Of a DNA stretch of 64,000 nucleotides, positions 13,151 to 26,160 are shown piece after piece. Origin of the DNA: Pavona decussata (Eukaryota). The position numbers were made by a program, and so were the translations under genes. Under the pieces are notes generated by a model, which worked only from the letters and a program-made list of their open reading frames with translations, was not told the origin of the DNA and did no database searches. The stretch's first letter is position 1, and every line of letters begins with the position of its first letter. The DNA is taken from NCBI GenBank assembly GCA_977016875.1, contig CDRNST010000013.1, positions 1,054,001-1,118,000 on the forward strand, in the 5' to 3' direction.

Positions 13151-14654
13151 AAGGAAAAAAAAAGATAAAGGAGATATTTTTCCAATGACTTGCACTTCTT
13201 TAATGAACAACAGACAGAGAGCACCTGTGACAATCATTTTAGTAAATCAACCGGTCTCGGTGCTCAGTTAAGTCAACAAATTTTAACGAAGTGGTAATTG
13301 CTATGATTTCTTTTTCCTGTTTTCTTACAAAACTTTATTTCTCACATGCATCCTAAGATAATTATTTGGCTTGTCAATCTTAAATCGTGACCCGTTTTGG
13401 CGCCTCAGACAGCGAGCAAATTTTTAATTTGAATTTTAAGATATGAAAATGTCTTTTATTTGATAACAAAAATTTTCAAGTAATAGTTAAGAGACAGTCC
13501 GCGTTAGATTCGACCGGTCAATTTGGACCAGTCGTTCGATTTCCTTCAAATTTTCAGCAACAGACAAAGTTGATATAACATTAATGAAAACACATTTGTT
13601 TTGATTCTAAACTTAACAAGACCCGAAATTTTGAGGCGAATGTTCAACCCTCCCGAATCCCCGAAAATCGACCTTTCACCGAGTCGAAATTAACCCGTTT
13701 TCGGATGTTTGCCGCCGAATTAATATTTATCCGAAAAACCTTACATTTATACCACGAACACATACACTATACTTCTTTACAAATATGGTATATAGAACTC
13801 ATATTATTGAGAACTTTTAAAAGGAGGGCATCTCAAACATACCAATGTTAACGATTCGTGCACGGAGCGTGTCAAGTGCTGCAACAAAAACCAACATTTC
13901 TCAAAATTCTGACTTACTCTGGAAGTCTCGTGTATTTTTTCAAAGAGTACTAGGATAGTGTCCTTAAACTACGGAATAATATTTAGTGGATATCTATACT
14001 TCGAAAAGATACGGCCGCAACAATTTTGGGCAAATCTCTTATTTTCCGACACGTGTTGTGTGACAGCGATGGCATCCCAAGGCAACAAATTTCGACTTTT
14101 TCTGTCTGGACCGCAACTTAAAGTAGACAAATACGTTTTAAAAGGGTAAACAATTAAAAACATACCTTAAAAGTTCCACTGTTTTGCTTCCAAGACTTCA
14201 TGTTTCACCGATTAACTATCAGCAAATTTGATGGCCGTGTCACGGTATCCGTGTTCTTTATTTGTTGGCTTGCAGACGACGATCATGCTAGCTAAAAACC
14301 TGAACAACTCTACAGAATTCCGTGAAATTAGTTTTGTTATTCAACCGGGCACTCTGCCGACCAAACAGTCATCAGTTGCAGAATTTATATCGAGGAAAGA
14401 CTTTTGAAAGTTGTCGTCCATCTTTGTTTGAAATAACAACCGCTGACAGTAACAACACTTCCGGTCTGATCGAACCAGAAACAGAACATCGTCTACAGTA
14501 AGAAGTCGTGCACTAAGTTCAATTTCTAGAGTTTTATTGTTATTAACGTACTGTTAATTACTTGATTATTTCTAGCTTATTTTCTACTTCAAATGCATAC
14601 ATGTTTATGCCGGGCAACTCATTATTTAACCCTTTTACGTTATCTAAGATGTAT

Positions 14655-15257
14655 TGGTGGTTTTCACCTCACACATCGTCACGCAAGTAAAAAAAATAAA
14701 ATCCTCAACAATTCAATAGATAAAGTCAAGAAATAGATATGTTGTAGAAGAGTGATACATAAACAACGTGTAAAAGCCACAGGGCCGTGCGATATCTCAT
14801 AACCGAGTTATTCAAGAAAATGTTCCACGGAAAATTACAGAGTTTAGTATGGGACGCCATGTTGGTGTTCCGTCTGAGGGACACCAACATGGCGGCCGGA
14901 AAGCAGCAAAAACATCTGAAATTTACCTTGGCTATTTCAAAGCCCTTCTCCTCTCCGCTGAACTTTCACACATTAACATAGATGTTTCTATTACATTTTA
15001 GCTGATGAGACCTAATAAAACACGAGGCAAATCGATGTTTTCATGTATTCGTGACATGTTTAGAGCAGCAATCCTTCTGTCACGCACTGCCTAAAAATCT
15101 TAAATTCAAACTGCTCTATTTAAAAAAAAATGCTTACCTTCTGAAAACAAGCAAGCCGATGGTATTTTATATTTTCTTTTATGTGATGAAGATAAAATCC
15201 CAAAATTGTGTTTAGATATGAATTTCACTTTTTTATGACGTCATGTGAAAACCAGCA
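14655..15257. mobile_element. MITE inserted in the left Sola3 arm, with a 2-bp AT TSD
   Basis: AT|TGGTGGTTTTCAC...GTGAAAACCAGCA|AT. The right arm shows the empty site (ATGATGTATTTTAC in reverse complement at ~16770-16783). Confidence 0.85.
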
Positions 15258-15600
15258 ATTTTACTATAATAATAACAAAAACTGTAAAAAAAAATATCGA
15301 AAAACTGTGAAATATATAGAAATGAGACTTCAGAAAGGTCTCAACAGCAACTGCGAATTTACGAAACTTGCAATAAATGAGGCGTTAGAATGGTCTCACC
15401 GAGAACTGCGAATTCTAATGTAAAAAGAAGAAAGTGCAGGAAACTACGAAAATTTGCAATTTTCAGTTGAAAATCGTAAACTTTGTAGCGACAATTTCGT
15501 CCTTGACCGGCATACCGCTGCAAAGGTCATAAACGTCGTAGTAAATGGGATGTAGAAGGCCGATCTCGTCAACAATGCTGTTCACCACTTCTTGTCTGTT

Positions 15601-16325
15601 GAAATACACATTGAAATCGGAGATCATGGAAAGAAACCAATGAATTTAAGTATTTATGATCGACTAAGGAGAGAGTGGGCCGCGCGTTTCTCTACTGTAG
15701 ATGAAGACAGTCAAGAAGCTTCTAATAATTCGAGAGAGCGCCCGTGGTTCAGAACAGGCAACCAGACCCTCAAATCTCACACGAGGGTGGGCCCTTTCAA
15801 AGCCACTTGCCCCAACTCGTTTTTCTGAAAATGTAAAGGATTACTTGAAAGCAAAGTTTAACCAAGGAGAACGAACGGGGTTGAAGACTAACCAAAACAA
15901 GTCTCTGCAGACATGCGAAACGCCCGAGATGGACAAAATGAGCGTCGCTTTTCCAGAGAAGAATGGCTAACAGCTGTTCAGATAAAGAACTTTTTCTCTC
16001 AGCTAGTGTCATCCAAGAGGAAAGGGCAAGATGCAGCTGATGACAAAAAACAGAAATTGAAGAAACACTGGAATAGGAAGAAGAAAGCAACAGACAAGAA
16101 GTGGTGAACAGCATTGTTGACGAGATCGGCCTTCTACATCCCATTTACTACGACGTCTATGACCTTTGCCAGTACCGGAAAAACAACAAACTTTCACAGT
16201 TTAATGTTTCAATGCTAAAGAACATTCTAAAGAACTATGAAGTCCCATTTACAGCAAAGGACAGAAAGAAGGATTTGGTTCAGCACTTGGCTATCTTTGT
16301 TGAAAAATGTTCGTGTTTTCTGTAA
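15601..16325 (+). pseudogene. Sola3 transposase C-terminal remnant (frameshifted)
   Basis: GWALSKP..RFSENVKDYLKAKFNQGERTG.K..MRNARD..RRFSREEWLTAVQIKNFFS. Confidence 0.75.
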
Positions 16326-18029
16326 AATTATTTAGCTAAGAGACAGAATAATATTGAGGTACACTCAGTTTTTAATGATTGCCTTCCATGCAGCTACCTG
16401 TCGCTCTCGGAGATAGCAAACAGGAGAGGCGCCGAAAAGTCTAGCCTAAATAAAACCCCCGGAAAACAAACAAAATAAAGAAAAACTCTGCTAGCCTTAG
16501 CCTCTTTTATTGTAGCGGTATGCCGGTCTAGGACGAAATTGTCGCTACAAAGTTTACGATTTTCAACTGAAAATTGCAAATTTTCCCAGTTTCCTGCATT
16601 TTCTTCTTTTTACATTAGAATTCTTAGTTCTCAATGAGACCATTCTGACGTCTCATTTATTGCAAGTTTCGTAAATTTGCAGTTGCTGTTGAGACCATTT
16701 TGAAGTCTCATTTCTATATATTTCGCAGTTTTTCGATATTTTTTTTTTACAGTGTTTGTTATTATTGAAGTAAAATACATCATAGATAACGTAAAAGGGT
16801 TAAATAATGAGTTGCCCTGCATAAACATGTATGCATTTGAAGTAGAAAATAAGCAAGAAATAATCAAGTAATTAACGGTAGAAATTGAACTTAGTGCACG
16901 ACTTCTTACTGTAGACGATGTTCTGTTTCCGGTTCGATCAGACCGGAAGTGTTGTTACTGTCAGCGGTTGTTATTTCAAAACAAAGATGGACGACAACTT
17001 TCAAAAGTCTTTCCTCGATATAAATTCTGCAACTTATGACTGCTTGGTTGGCAGAGTGCCCGGTTGAATAACAGAACTAATGTCACGGAACTCTGTAGAG
17101 CTGTTCAGGTTTTTAGCTAGCATGATCGTCGCCTGCAAGCCAACAAATAAAGAACACGGATCCCGTGTCACGGATACCGTGACACGGCCATCAAATTTGC
17201 TAACAGTTAATCGGTGAAACATGAAGTCTTGGAAGCAAAACAGTGGAACTTTTAAGGTACGTTTTAAATTTTTTACCCTTTTAAAACGTATTTGTCTACT
17301 TTAAGTTGCGGTCAAGACAGAAAAAGTCGAAATTTGTTGCCTTGGGATGCCATCGCTGTCACACAACACGTGTCGGAAAATAAGAGATTTGCCCAAAATT
17401 GTTGCGGCCGTATCTTTTCGCAGTATAGAGATCCACTAAATATTATTCCGTAGTTTAAGGACACTATCCTAGTACTCTTTGAAAAAATACACGAGACTTC
17501 CAGAGTAAGTCAGAATTTTGAGAAATGTTGGTTTTTGTTGCAGCACTTGACACGCTCCGTGCACGAATCGTTAACATTGATATGTTTGAGATGCCCTCCT
17601 TTTAAAAGTTCTCAATAATATGAGTTCTATATACCATATTTGTAAAGAAGTATAGTGTATGTGTTCGTGGTATAAATGTAAGGTTTTTCGGATAAATATT
17701 AATTCGGCGGCAAACATCCGAAAACGGGTTAATTTCGACTCGGTGAAAGGTCGATTTTCGGGGATTTGGGAGGGTTGAACATTCGCCTCAAAATTTCGGG
17801 TCTTGTTAAGTTTAGAATCAAAAGAAATGTGTTTTCATTAATGTTATATCAACTTTGCCTGTTGCTGAAAATTTGAAGGAAATCGAACGACTGGCCCAAA
17901 TTGACCGGTCGAATCTAACGCGGACGGTCTCTTAAGTTTTAATATAATTCAGTGTGGTTAATGTTTAATAACTAGTTTGTATTCTGCCATAAACAAAACA
18001 TTTTTTAAAATAAAGAAACGTCGGCACAC

Positions 18030-19190
18030 CTCAGTTTATGAAGTCGCTCTGGTACATACAAAGAAATGGTTCTAAGAGGTCTCTAACCTCCCTTGACAAT
18101 TTTGGCTACTTGACCATTGAAAACATCATCTGCTGGCTTCTTAATTCCCTTTCTGCCTCCTTTTCAGCCAGCCGTTCAAAAAAAACGTAGTCACGTTTTT
18201 GGCTTTCGTTTACAAAGGAAAAAATACTCGGTGCTATTGGAGCTCTGGGCATTGGATTCTTTATTTTTCTTCCTTTTAACGGGAGGCTGGTTTGAGGTAC
18301 CAGGTGCTTCTTTACCGGCCTTGGTTCCAGGTTTACATTTGAAGAAAAGCGACTCAGGAAATGCGAGATGTTCAGCCCCACTAGATTCGGCAGATTTTTC
18401 CCTTTGTTGTTTGGATGAAGTCGGCGTACGAGCCAAGGCTTTCTTACGCTTGTATGCATCTGGTTTATGCCTAAAGAGCACCTCTAAAAGTGACTGATCC
18501 TCTTCATTCTCGTCACTGAATTCTGATAGCTCGTCTGATGGTCCAGGAGCTGGGGAGGTAGATTTCCTAACAGAACTTGAGAGGGAAATATTGGAGGGCA
18601 GATTATCGTCTTCACACCCGCATTCAACAACAGTTTTCTGCATAATTTTGGTGCGACAACTCAGCATTTCATTTAAATCTTCATAATAGGTGAAAGTTTC
18701 TGGATCGTTCCCACTTCTGTTGTTGTGATCTTTCACATGTTTATGTCCGTCTTCTGGATTCTTCATTTTAGCCTTGCACTGGGCTGCTATGCAAATGGAC
18801 GTGACCTCCTGTTCCCTCAATAGCGTATTTAGCTGTTTTGCCATGGATTCCCAAACAGCAGAGTTGTGTCTCTTGCTGATGGGATGGTGATCTTTCCAAA
18901 TTTTTTTGTATTTTTACGTTAGATTTATGCAGGGCCTCACTGAAAACCACATTTTGTGACGTGGGCTCCCTGTTAAAATATCTTATTTATTAGCTATCAG
19001 AAATCGGATCTCCGCATCCGAGCAGTTAGCTGAGTGACCTTTGGTACCAGCGTTAACGTTGTTTCCTTTGCTGGAATCCACTCCAACGGCAACACTTGCA
19101 ATTTGGTACTGGGACACGGGTGAGATTACTTGTGAATATGCTGGCAAAACGGGTCGCAAGAATTGAGGAACCCACAGTTGACTTTGCCAT
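18030..19190 (-). pseudogene. Myb/SANT-like DNA-binding protein of Harbinger A, convergent with its transposase
   Basis: SDAEIRFLI...VWESMAKQLN..QCKAKMKN..KDHNNRSGN..F.YYEDLNEML trihelix motif. Confidence 0.8.
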
Positions 19191-19559
19191 GCAGGAAAAA
19201 TTTAGGGTCGGCGTGTGGCATCGGCAAAATGATCACCATGATCGCTCACTTGAGGAACATCGAAGCGAGACCTATAGCAATTATTTGTTGCGTTAAGTGA
19301 ATGCTTTGCATCTCCAATGTTGAAGGGAAGGAAACTTACATTGAATGGCTTGCCCTTGGATCATTTGAAGAAGAGAGATCGTGGTAGGGAAAATTATTCA
19401 TGTTGTTTCGCAGGCGGTAAAAAAATAAAAGGCGTGTTCTTTATACGATTTGACAAGCTTATCAGATAAATGACCGCAAGCTCCGTCTTATTGGCGGAAA
19501 TTAATTGCCGAGTCGCTTAAGCTACCTGGTTTGGTGGCTTAAATTTAATGACAATTGCA

Positions 19560-19673
19560 TTGAACTTTGCTGACTCACTTAACTTTAAGCGAGTTGGAAA
19601 AGCAACTGTTTTCACGAGATTTCCCGTTGTCACTCGCTAAGCGACTTGACAAATCGCTTGCGAAAACACACCC
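19560..19673 (+). mobile_element. Harbinger A right end (TIR ...CGAAAACACACCC)
   Basis: Pairs with the displaced end at 35800-35812. The BEL reading frame resumes at 19674. Confidence 0.75.
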
Positions 19674-21790
19674 AAGGACACCAAGCGGTTTTACACCTTT
19701 GAGTCCAATTGCCTCACCACAATTTGTAGCTTATCGTCCACCTCAGACTGGAGATACCTCAACCGATATGATAAGTTAGCAGATGATACATCCAAGGGGT
19801 TAAGGCTTGATGAGATGCTAAAGAATACTCAGTCGTTAAATGGTTCAGCGTTCTTTTTAAAGGAAGAAAAGGAAGAAACCTCCTGGCCAGCAATGATTGC
19901 AGTGCCAACCTTGAAAGACAGTGACCCTGAAGCCAGAAAGGAAAGCAGGATCTACACCGCTGCTGCTGTGCAAGTTCCAATAGAGAGTTTAGTATGGCAT
20001 TACTCTTCGTGGTGGAAATTGAAGAGAGCATTTGCTTGGATGTTACGGTACAAGAAGTTTCTCCAGTGCAACGTTTGCAAGCCGAAAATTGATGGTGCCC
20101 TTGATGGCGCTTCTCCAGTAACAAGTGCAGAAGAGATAGTTGGAAACCTATCCATAACTGAGCTGCAGAGGGCTGAGGAGGAAATTGTTCGACAAGTCCA
20201 GAAAGCGACCTTTCCAAAGGTGTTTGAGGCACTTATGAAGCTCTCACCTGGTGCAAACGAACAGTTAATGAAGAAGACACTACAGAAAGTGGGCACCTCG
20301 ATCTTCAAATTGAATCTAAAGTTAAGAAATTGGTTACTATTCGTTTGCGGATTACACAGTGCTCCTGTATATCCTTATATTCTACCCAATGATCACCATG
20401 TGATGGAGCTAATAATCCAGCACAGCCACGAGAGGGTGGGCCATATGGATCAGGAATCTGTCTTATCAACTCTGAGAAAAAAGGTTTTTGATTTTTAAGG
20501 GATGCTCTGCAGTGGGACGTGTATTGAAAAGGTTTGTTAATTGCCAAAAGAGGAAGGCACCCACTTAAGAGCAGTTCATGGCAAAGTTGCCTGAAGACAG
20601 GATTACCCTCCACAAACCTCTCTTCACATATGTCAGTGTGGACTTTTTTGGCCCTATAGAAGAAAAGCAGGGAAGAAGTAGAGTCAAGAGATATGAATGC
20701 ATTTTCACGTGCTTGACAGTCTGCGCCATACACATAGAGGTTGCAAACACCTTAAATATTGAAAAGGTGTCTTGATTGCCAAAGGAGGAAGGCACCTACT
20801 TAAGAGCATTTCATGGCAAAGTTGCCTGAAGACAGGATTACCCTCCACAAAACCTCCTTTCACATATGTTGGTGTGGACTTTTTTGCCCCTATAGGAGTA
20901 AAGCAGGGAGGAAGTAGAGTGAAGAGATATGAATGCATTTTCACGTGCTTGACAGTCCGCGCCACACACACTGAGGTTGCAAACACCTTAAATACAGATT
21001 CCATGATTAATGCATTGAAAAGATTCATTTGCCTCAGAGGATACCCCGAGGAAATTAAGAGCGACTGTGGAACAAACTTTACTCAAGTGGACAAGGAGTT
21101 GAAATAAACGATTGAAGAATGGAATCAGCAATGGATCGATGGTTTCTGTGCTCAAAGAGGAATTCGGTGGATTTTGAATCCTCCAGGAGCGAGTCATATA
21201 GGAGGAGCATGGGAGAAAATGATCAGGTCTGTGCGCCAAATTTTGAAGGTCTTATTGGAGGAACAGGTGGTCTGTGACGAAGTGCTTCACACTGCTAGTG
21301 GAAACAACCAACATCCTCAACATTAGACCTTTGACGCAAAACAGTGATGATCCTATGGATGAGGAATCCTTGACTCCAAACGATCTGTTGCAACAGCGAC
21401 CATGTCACAGTTTGCCCCCAGAAATTTTTGAGAAAGAAGATTTGCACTTTCGTTGCCAATGGAGACAAGCGCAATACTTGTCAAATCTCTTCTGGAAAGG
21501 GTGGATTAAAGAATATCTTCGGACAGGAACAAAGGAAGTGGAACGAACCAAAGGAGAATTCTGATGTGGGTGATGTCGTTCTGTTCGCTGACAAGAACTT
21601 TCTGAGAGGTCAGTGGTCCCTTGCATGAGTCATCGAGGTCTTTCGTAGCGAAGTTGGACTCTTGCGTTCTGCAAGAATAAAGACAAGCTGCACCGTTATG
21701 ACCCGCGCAAAGCGCCAAAGACAAAGAGAGGTGAAAACGACAGTGACGACCAATTACGAAGCTGTGTCGTCTTGAAGTGTCAAGTCATTA
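19674..21790 (+). pseudogene. BEL/Pao element B: end of RNase H plus integrase (disrupted)
   Basis: KDTKRFYTF..WRY..ADDTSKGL; HHVMELIIQHSHERVGH; GVDFFAP; KSDCGTNF; GGAWEKMIRSV. Confidence 0.9.
20522..20991 (+). repeat. ~235-bp tandem duplication within the BEL-B integrase
   Basis: TATTGAAAAGG...GCAAACACCTTAAA is repeated, with units starting at 20522 and 20757. The copies have visibly diverged. Confidence 0.9.
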
Positions 21791-22147
21791 GTTATTCAGA
21801 ATCATCCGGAACTGTGATCGCACTTGCAAGTAGCACCTTGATATCCTCTACCTACCTGGACGTTGTGCCAAGTTGCAGCTGAGGCAGACTCCAATCCAAA
21901 TTTGTTGACCAACATTGGACATGGCATTTGACATTACCAATGTGCCTTGAACGTATGTGGATCTACTTTGGACGTGGACTCAATTGGGTGTATTGACACT
22001 CTTACCTAGTGACATTTATCTAAGATGTGGACAGTTTGTTTATATTGCTGACTGTTATAAAGTAGCTTTACGTCATTTCACGTTAAATTGCAATGGTGGC
22101 AGATAGTGTAAATGAAATAGTTTCCATAGATTTCATTTAAGAGCCGG

Positions 22148-22508
22148 TGTAAGTCCCATTGCGTGCTTACATTTGACGTCATAATCTGGAACATTTTCCA
22201 TGTGCTCCGTCTAAGAACAACAAGTCCCCATGTTTTGCACTCGCATAATTTGTTATTCAATTCGTTAAGGTGTAGACACTTTGAATTCGAAACAGTCGGT
22301 AAGTTCTGTCGTATACTGTGTGTATTGTTATTTTGCTCGTTAAAGGTGTAATTTCTTTTCGTAGAAAACCTGCCTTATTACCTAACTGGATGTTTACCCC
22401 GACATAATGACTGGAAAATTTGTGGAGTTGTCGATGGAATATTTGTAAGTAAATGGTTGAGTTTTTGCTTTTGAATCTTATGCATATGGTCTTGGGAACT
22501 TTGTAATA
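22148..22508 (+). repeat. 3' LTR of BEL-B
   Basis: Starts TGTAAGTCCC after the purine-rich AAGAGCCGG. It is the reverse complement of 41885-42256 and is followed by TSD TTTAT (22509-22513). Confidence 0.9.
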
Positions 22509-22513
22509 TTTAT

Positions 22514-22690
22514 ATATCGCATTTTCTATTTATACATATATTCGAATGCGGTTTACATCAGCATATGTCCATTAGCGACCTCATCCTACCCACCCAACCC
22601 ATGAAACCATGAAACAGCACAAAGACCATACCAGCACACCAGGAACTCCATGCCCTACTCTTTGCGATTAGTGTCTGGGTTCTTTAACCA
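22514..22690 (-). mobile_element. SINE fragment (Nin-domain-like core with an L2-like 3' end); target of the BEL-B insertion
   Basis: Minus strand reads TTAAAGAACCCAGACACTAATCGCAAAGAGTAGGG and GTAAACCGCATTCG...AAATGCGATAT. Its (ATTACC)n tail is at 42262-42281. Confidence 0.6.
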
Positions 22691-22719
22691 ATGACCTCCC
22701 GCACGACAGTCCGAAAATC

Positions 22720-23592
22720 AATCAACTGAGCTAATATGATGACAGCTATGAGGAGGAAAGTAATGTTTCTAAGAACAGTCATGATGAAGTTGTCCCTGAA
22801 AAGAGACAAAAACAAAGACAAGAAACTGAATATCCAGATTCGGTTTCCATTAATTCCATACCAAAGGCTGGTCAGCTGATGATACCAAAAGAAAAAAGCA
22901 TGATACATTTCCAATGGAGGCTTTTCATGTCAAAACGCAAGAGTGGACAATTATGGAGTCCCGACAAATTTTGGCAGAGACAGAGAAGGTCTCTTCAAGA
23001 CCTTTTAGAGATGCATTTAAAGGGACAAGCGTTGGGTGCAATAATGAACGGCCATGTACTTGGGTTGATAAAACTTAGAATCCCAAGACCATAAAAGCAA
23101 TTCATGATAGAATACAGTCAACTGTTGAAAGTCATACCAGGAAGCAAGTGCAAATGCACTCAGCTGCCAGGCGGGTCACCAATTCTTTTGCTTGTGAAGT
23201 CCCCTCTAATTTTAGAGCATATTTCAAGTACAATAATGTGTATTACACCAGATATAATGACCAGCCAGCTACCATCGAAGAATTTGTGGAAAGGAACTTC
23301 ATGAAGTTTATCAACAATGCTGGAGAGGTTTGTATGCCAAAGGATTACAAAGAGGAAGAAGATGTTCTTATTCAAAAAGCAACTGACAATAAGCTTATGC
23401 TTCTAGATAGTCAAGGTAGCAGGTATCACTTGTATGACCTGGAAATTGGCACACAAGAACTCGTGTGCACCTGAGAGTTCAGAAATGTACTTCTGTTGTA
23501 GAAATCTTTTGATTACAGGAATAAACTCCTTTAAAGAAGCACATGTCTGCAACAAGTACTGCAAAATGATGAAGCTTCCTTTCCTTTCTTGA
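22720..23592 (+). pseudogene. Intronless alpha-kinase (eEF2K/TRPM7-type) relic
   Basis: PFRDAFK..WV.K..ESHTRKQVQMHSAAR..ATIEEFV..FMKFINN.G..LMLLDSQG..LYDLEIGT..FC..H.CNKYC, with frameshifts and stops. Confidence 0.85.
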
Positions 23593-24465
23593 GCTTGTAA
23601 AGAGATCTGTATGGGAACTATACATGAACTACTACTGCAGAATAGTTGCACCGAGACCGGTGTTACATTAGAGGAACACACAACATTTTTGAAGTTACTG
23701 TTATCGCTTTGAATGCTGTTGCTTGTGCACTGGGAACGTTTGATTCAATTACTAACATTTTCTATTCAGCATAGTACAATACATAAATTTGAGAAACAAA
23801 TCAAAATAGTTAACACTAATTGTTAATCTCAGCATACAAAGATATGTGTGACACTATTGTAAGGGACTGAGCTTGAAGGCGGAATGTTCCAGTTGAGTGA
23901 TGCCCTTTTCATTTTCTCTTTAAACTTAGTGAAAGGTAAATTAATGTTGTTAATCCTTTCTTTTTTTATTGTTCATGTTTATGAACTCTTTTCTGTATCT
24001 TCGTCCTTCTAAATGAAAGCAAGGTTTTAACAATGAAACAGACACTACACTGTACAAGTAAATGAAGGCTAAAGAATTATAACAGTGTTACATCAATTCA
24101 TAGCAATGAATTTTCAGTTAATATTTCACATAAATGAACATGTCAATCTCTATTTTATGAATCACGGTTTTTAATAAACCTTCATTTCAAATACATACAA
24201 GACTTAAAGCCTAAATTGTACAATAACGAAGAGGAAGAGCTTTCATTGTATATATTAAATAATCTTTTTGTCACATAATATATAACTAAGCTACAAGAGT
24301 AGCTGCAATCTGCTTTGTAAAAAGGTATTAAAAGAGGCTGTGATGCCTCAGTTTGCAGGGCTGACACATCAGTCACTCGGAAGACATTTAGCAAGATACA
24401 CTTGCAGTCCATATAATTCATCTTTTTGAATTATTAACAGACTCTAATTTTGTAAATACCAACAG

Positions 24466-24917
24466 GGTATCAGTGTGCCAAGTTTGGTTCCTGCAGAGTT
24501 TCGGACTAACAGTAGTCACCAAACTGATAACTGTGAAGAAAATGGCAGATGGGTTCATCCAATCACTGGCTCATCGAGGCGTTATGTTCTAGGTGACCGG
24601 TTTCACGCATCTACCAATCCGCACAAATCACCACTTTGTGACTACCACAACATAAATCTGTGCCTACAAAGCAATACAATAAAAACTAGTTTCCAGGAGA
24701 GTGAAAATCACAGAAAGAACATGAAGAGACTAAGAAGTGCTTGTGTGCAGGGATTTGGAATACATTTCCCGTACAATTATCTCATGGATTTTATCAAAAT
24801 AAAGTCATCATCGAGAAACAACTAGAAACCCTACAGAGGGGACTGCAGAGTGGTATGAAAATAGTCAGGGATAAATTCATTCGATTTGTTTATGATGCTG
24901 CCAATCCTATTACATAG
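24466..24917 (+). pseudogene. HMGXB3/Zisupton (KDZ-like) C-terminal exon relic
   Basis: After an AG acceptor: HPITGSSRRYVLGDRFH..PHKSPLC.YHNINLC..TS.QE.EN..KN..R. Confidence 0.6.
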
Positions 24918-26160
24918 ATCCTATAGTGTGACTTGTTCCTAACATTATGTTTCCAGTCAGTAGATGCTAAATGGCTTCTCCTAATTTGTAACATGTTAAT
25001 CTAATATCAATTGGATAATTTTCATAACCTATTTTTTTTATTGCATGAAGACAATTGGAACAGTCAAGGTCATTGTGTTTCTTTTTTACTAAGGGTGGAG
25101 TTCAGCTACATGTGACATTGACCTTAATTTTGGCACATACAGTGTACAGACTAGCATCCATAACTGGCTTGTTTAAGTGCCCCTAACCCCTAATTTGTTT
25201 TTTGTTTTTGCATTGTGACAAAATATAAAAAAGTTGGAGAAGATTAAAACAAAAATGAAGGAAATTCATAAAATCCTTGCGACGCTATGGATGTTTGAAG
25301 TTGCGATGTTCTCGTTCACGACCGCGCAGTCAGAGGTCTGGGTCCTAACTTCAACCACCAATTGATGACTTCAGCAGGGAAAGCAGGTAAATAACCTTGC
25401 ACTGCATTGCATGATATTCCACGCACAAATTCAACTTCTCTTTTTTGTTTAGTCATAACAAGTCAGAAATGTCATCGAGTAGTTCGAATACGGAATATTC
25501 CTTGGATTCAGAGGCCTCTGGCTTAGGGTCTATTCCTGAATACGACATTGAGGTAGAAGATGATTGTGCATCCCAAGAAGCTGTACATGTAGAAGCACAT
25601 TCACTGAGTGAAGAGAGCGGTGATAGCCTTGAATTGGCGTATGCTGAGGAACCCCTGGCTGACGAGGAATGGTTAAAACACTATGAAAAGAAGGCAAAAG
25701 AAACTGAGGAACTAAAGCTTAAGCTTGAGAGAAGACTGCACGGCGATGAAGGAGGGGATTCTTGGTAATTCGCACCTGTGCAAGTTCCCTCACGATTGTT
25801 GTTTACATTATAAATTTAACGTTGTATGTCCATGTTTCCAGGTGCTCATGCCAAAACTGCGACCAAAATTTGCTGTAGAATATGAGCGAATGCTACTGCT
25901 GTAAGGAACTCGAGGGGTTCGAGGAGGCTTTAAGCAGCGAACTTGTTTTGCAAAATTTACAGCTGGGTGCAAAACTTCAATGTATCACTGACCATCCCAG
26001 ATTCAACCCGGTGTGTCTTCAGAAATGGAGTCTTCGAATGGCAGCCGATAGATTTTGCACAAAATCGAAGGAAAGATATAGACAAACCGGTTCGGAAGAA
26101 AGGTGAGTTTCATTTAAATTAAGCCGTTTGTTTTGATAACAATAGGTATCAGGTATCAGG

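Larger units (their letters stand above)
13491..17931 (+). mobile_element. Sola3 DNA transposon, non-autonomous, with ~1.4 kb near-identical inverted arms
   Basis: TTAA|GAGACAGTCCGCG...CGCGGACGGTCTC|TTAA (GAG/CTC ends, TTAA TSD). Arm 13491-~15522 (excluding the MITE) mirrors ~16511-17931. Confidence 0.9.

Noticed and set aside
15001-15030. CTGATGAG as a hammerhead core
   Set aside because: No helix II, GAAA or helix III arrangement follows.
9456-25195. Same-orientation Kolobok ends read as a long-terminal-direct-repeat (KolobokP-type) element
   Set aside because: Identity is limited to ~20 bp, no His-Me nuclease is seen, and the inversion explains the orientation.
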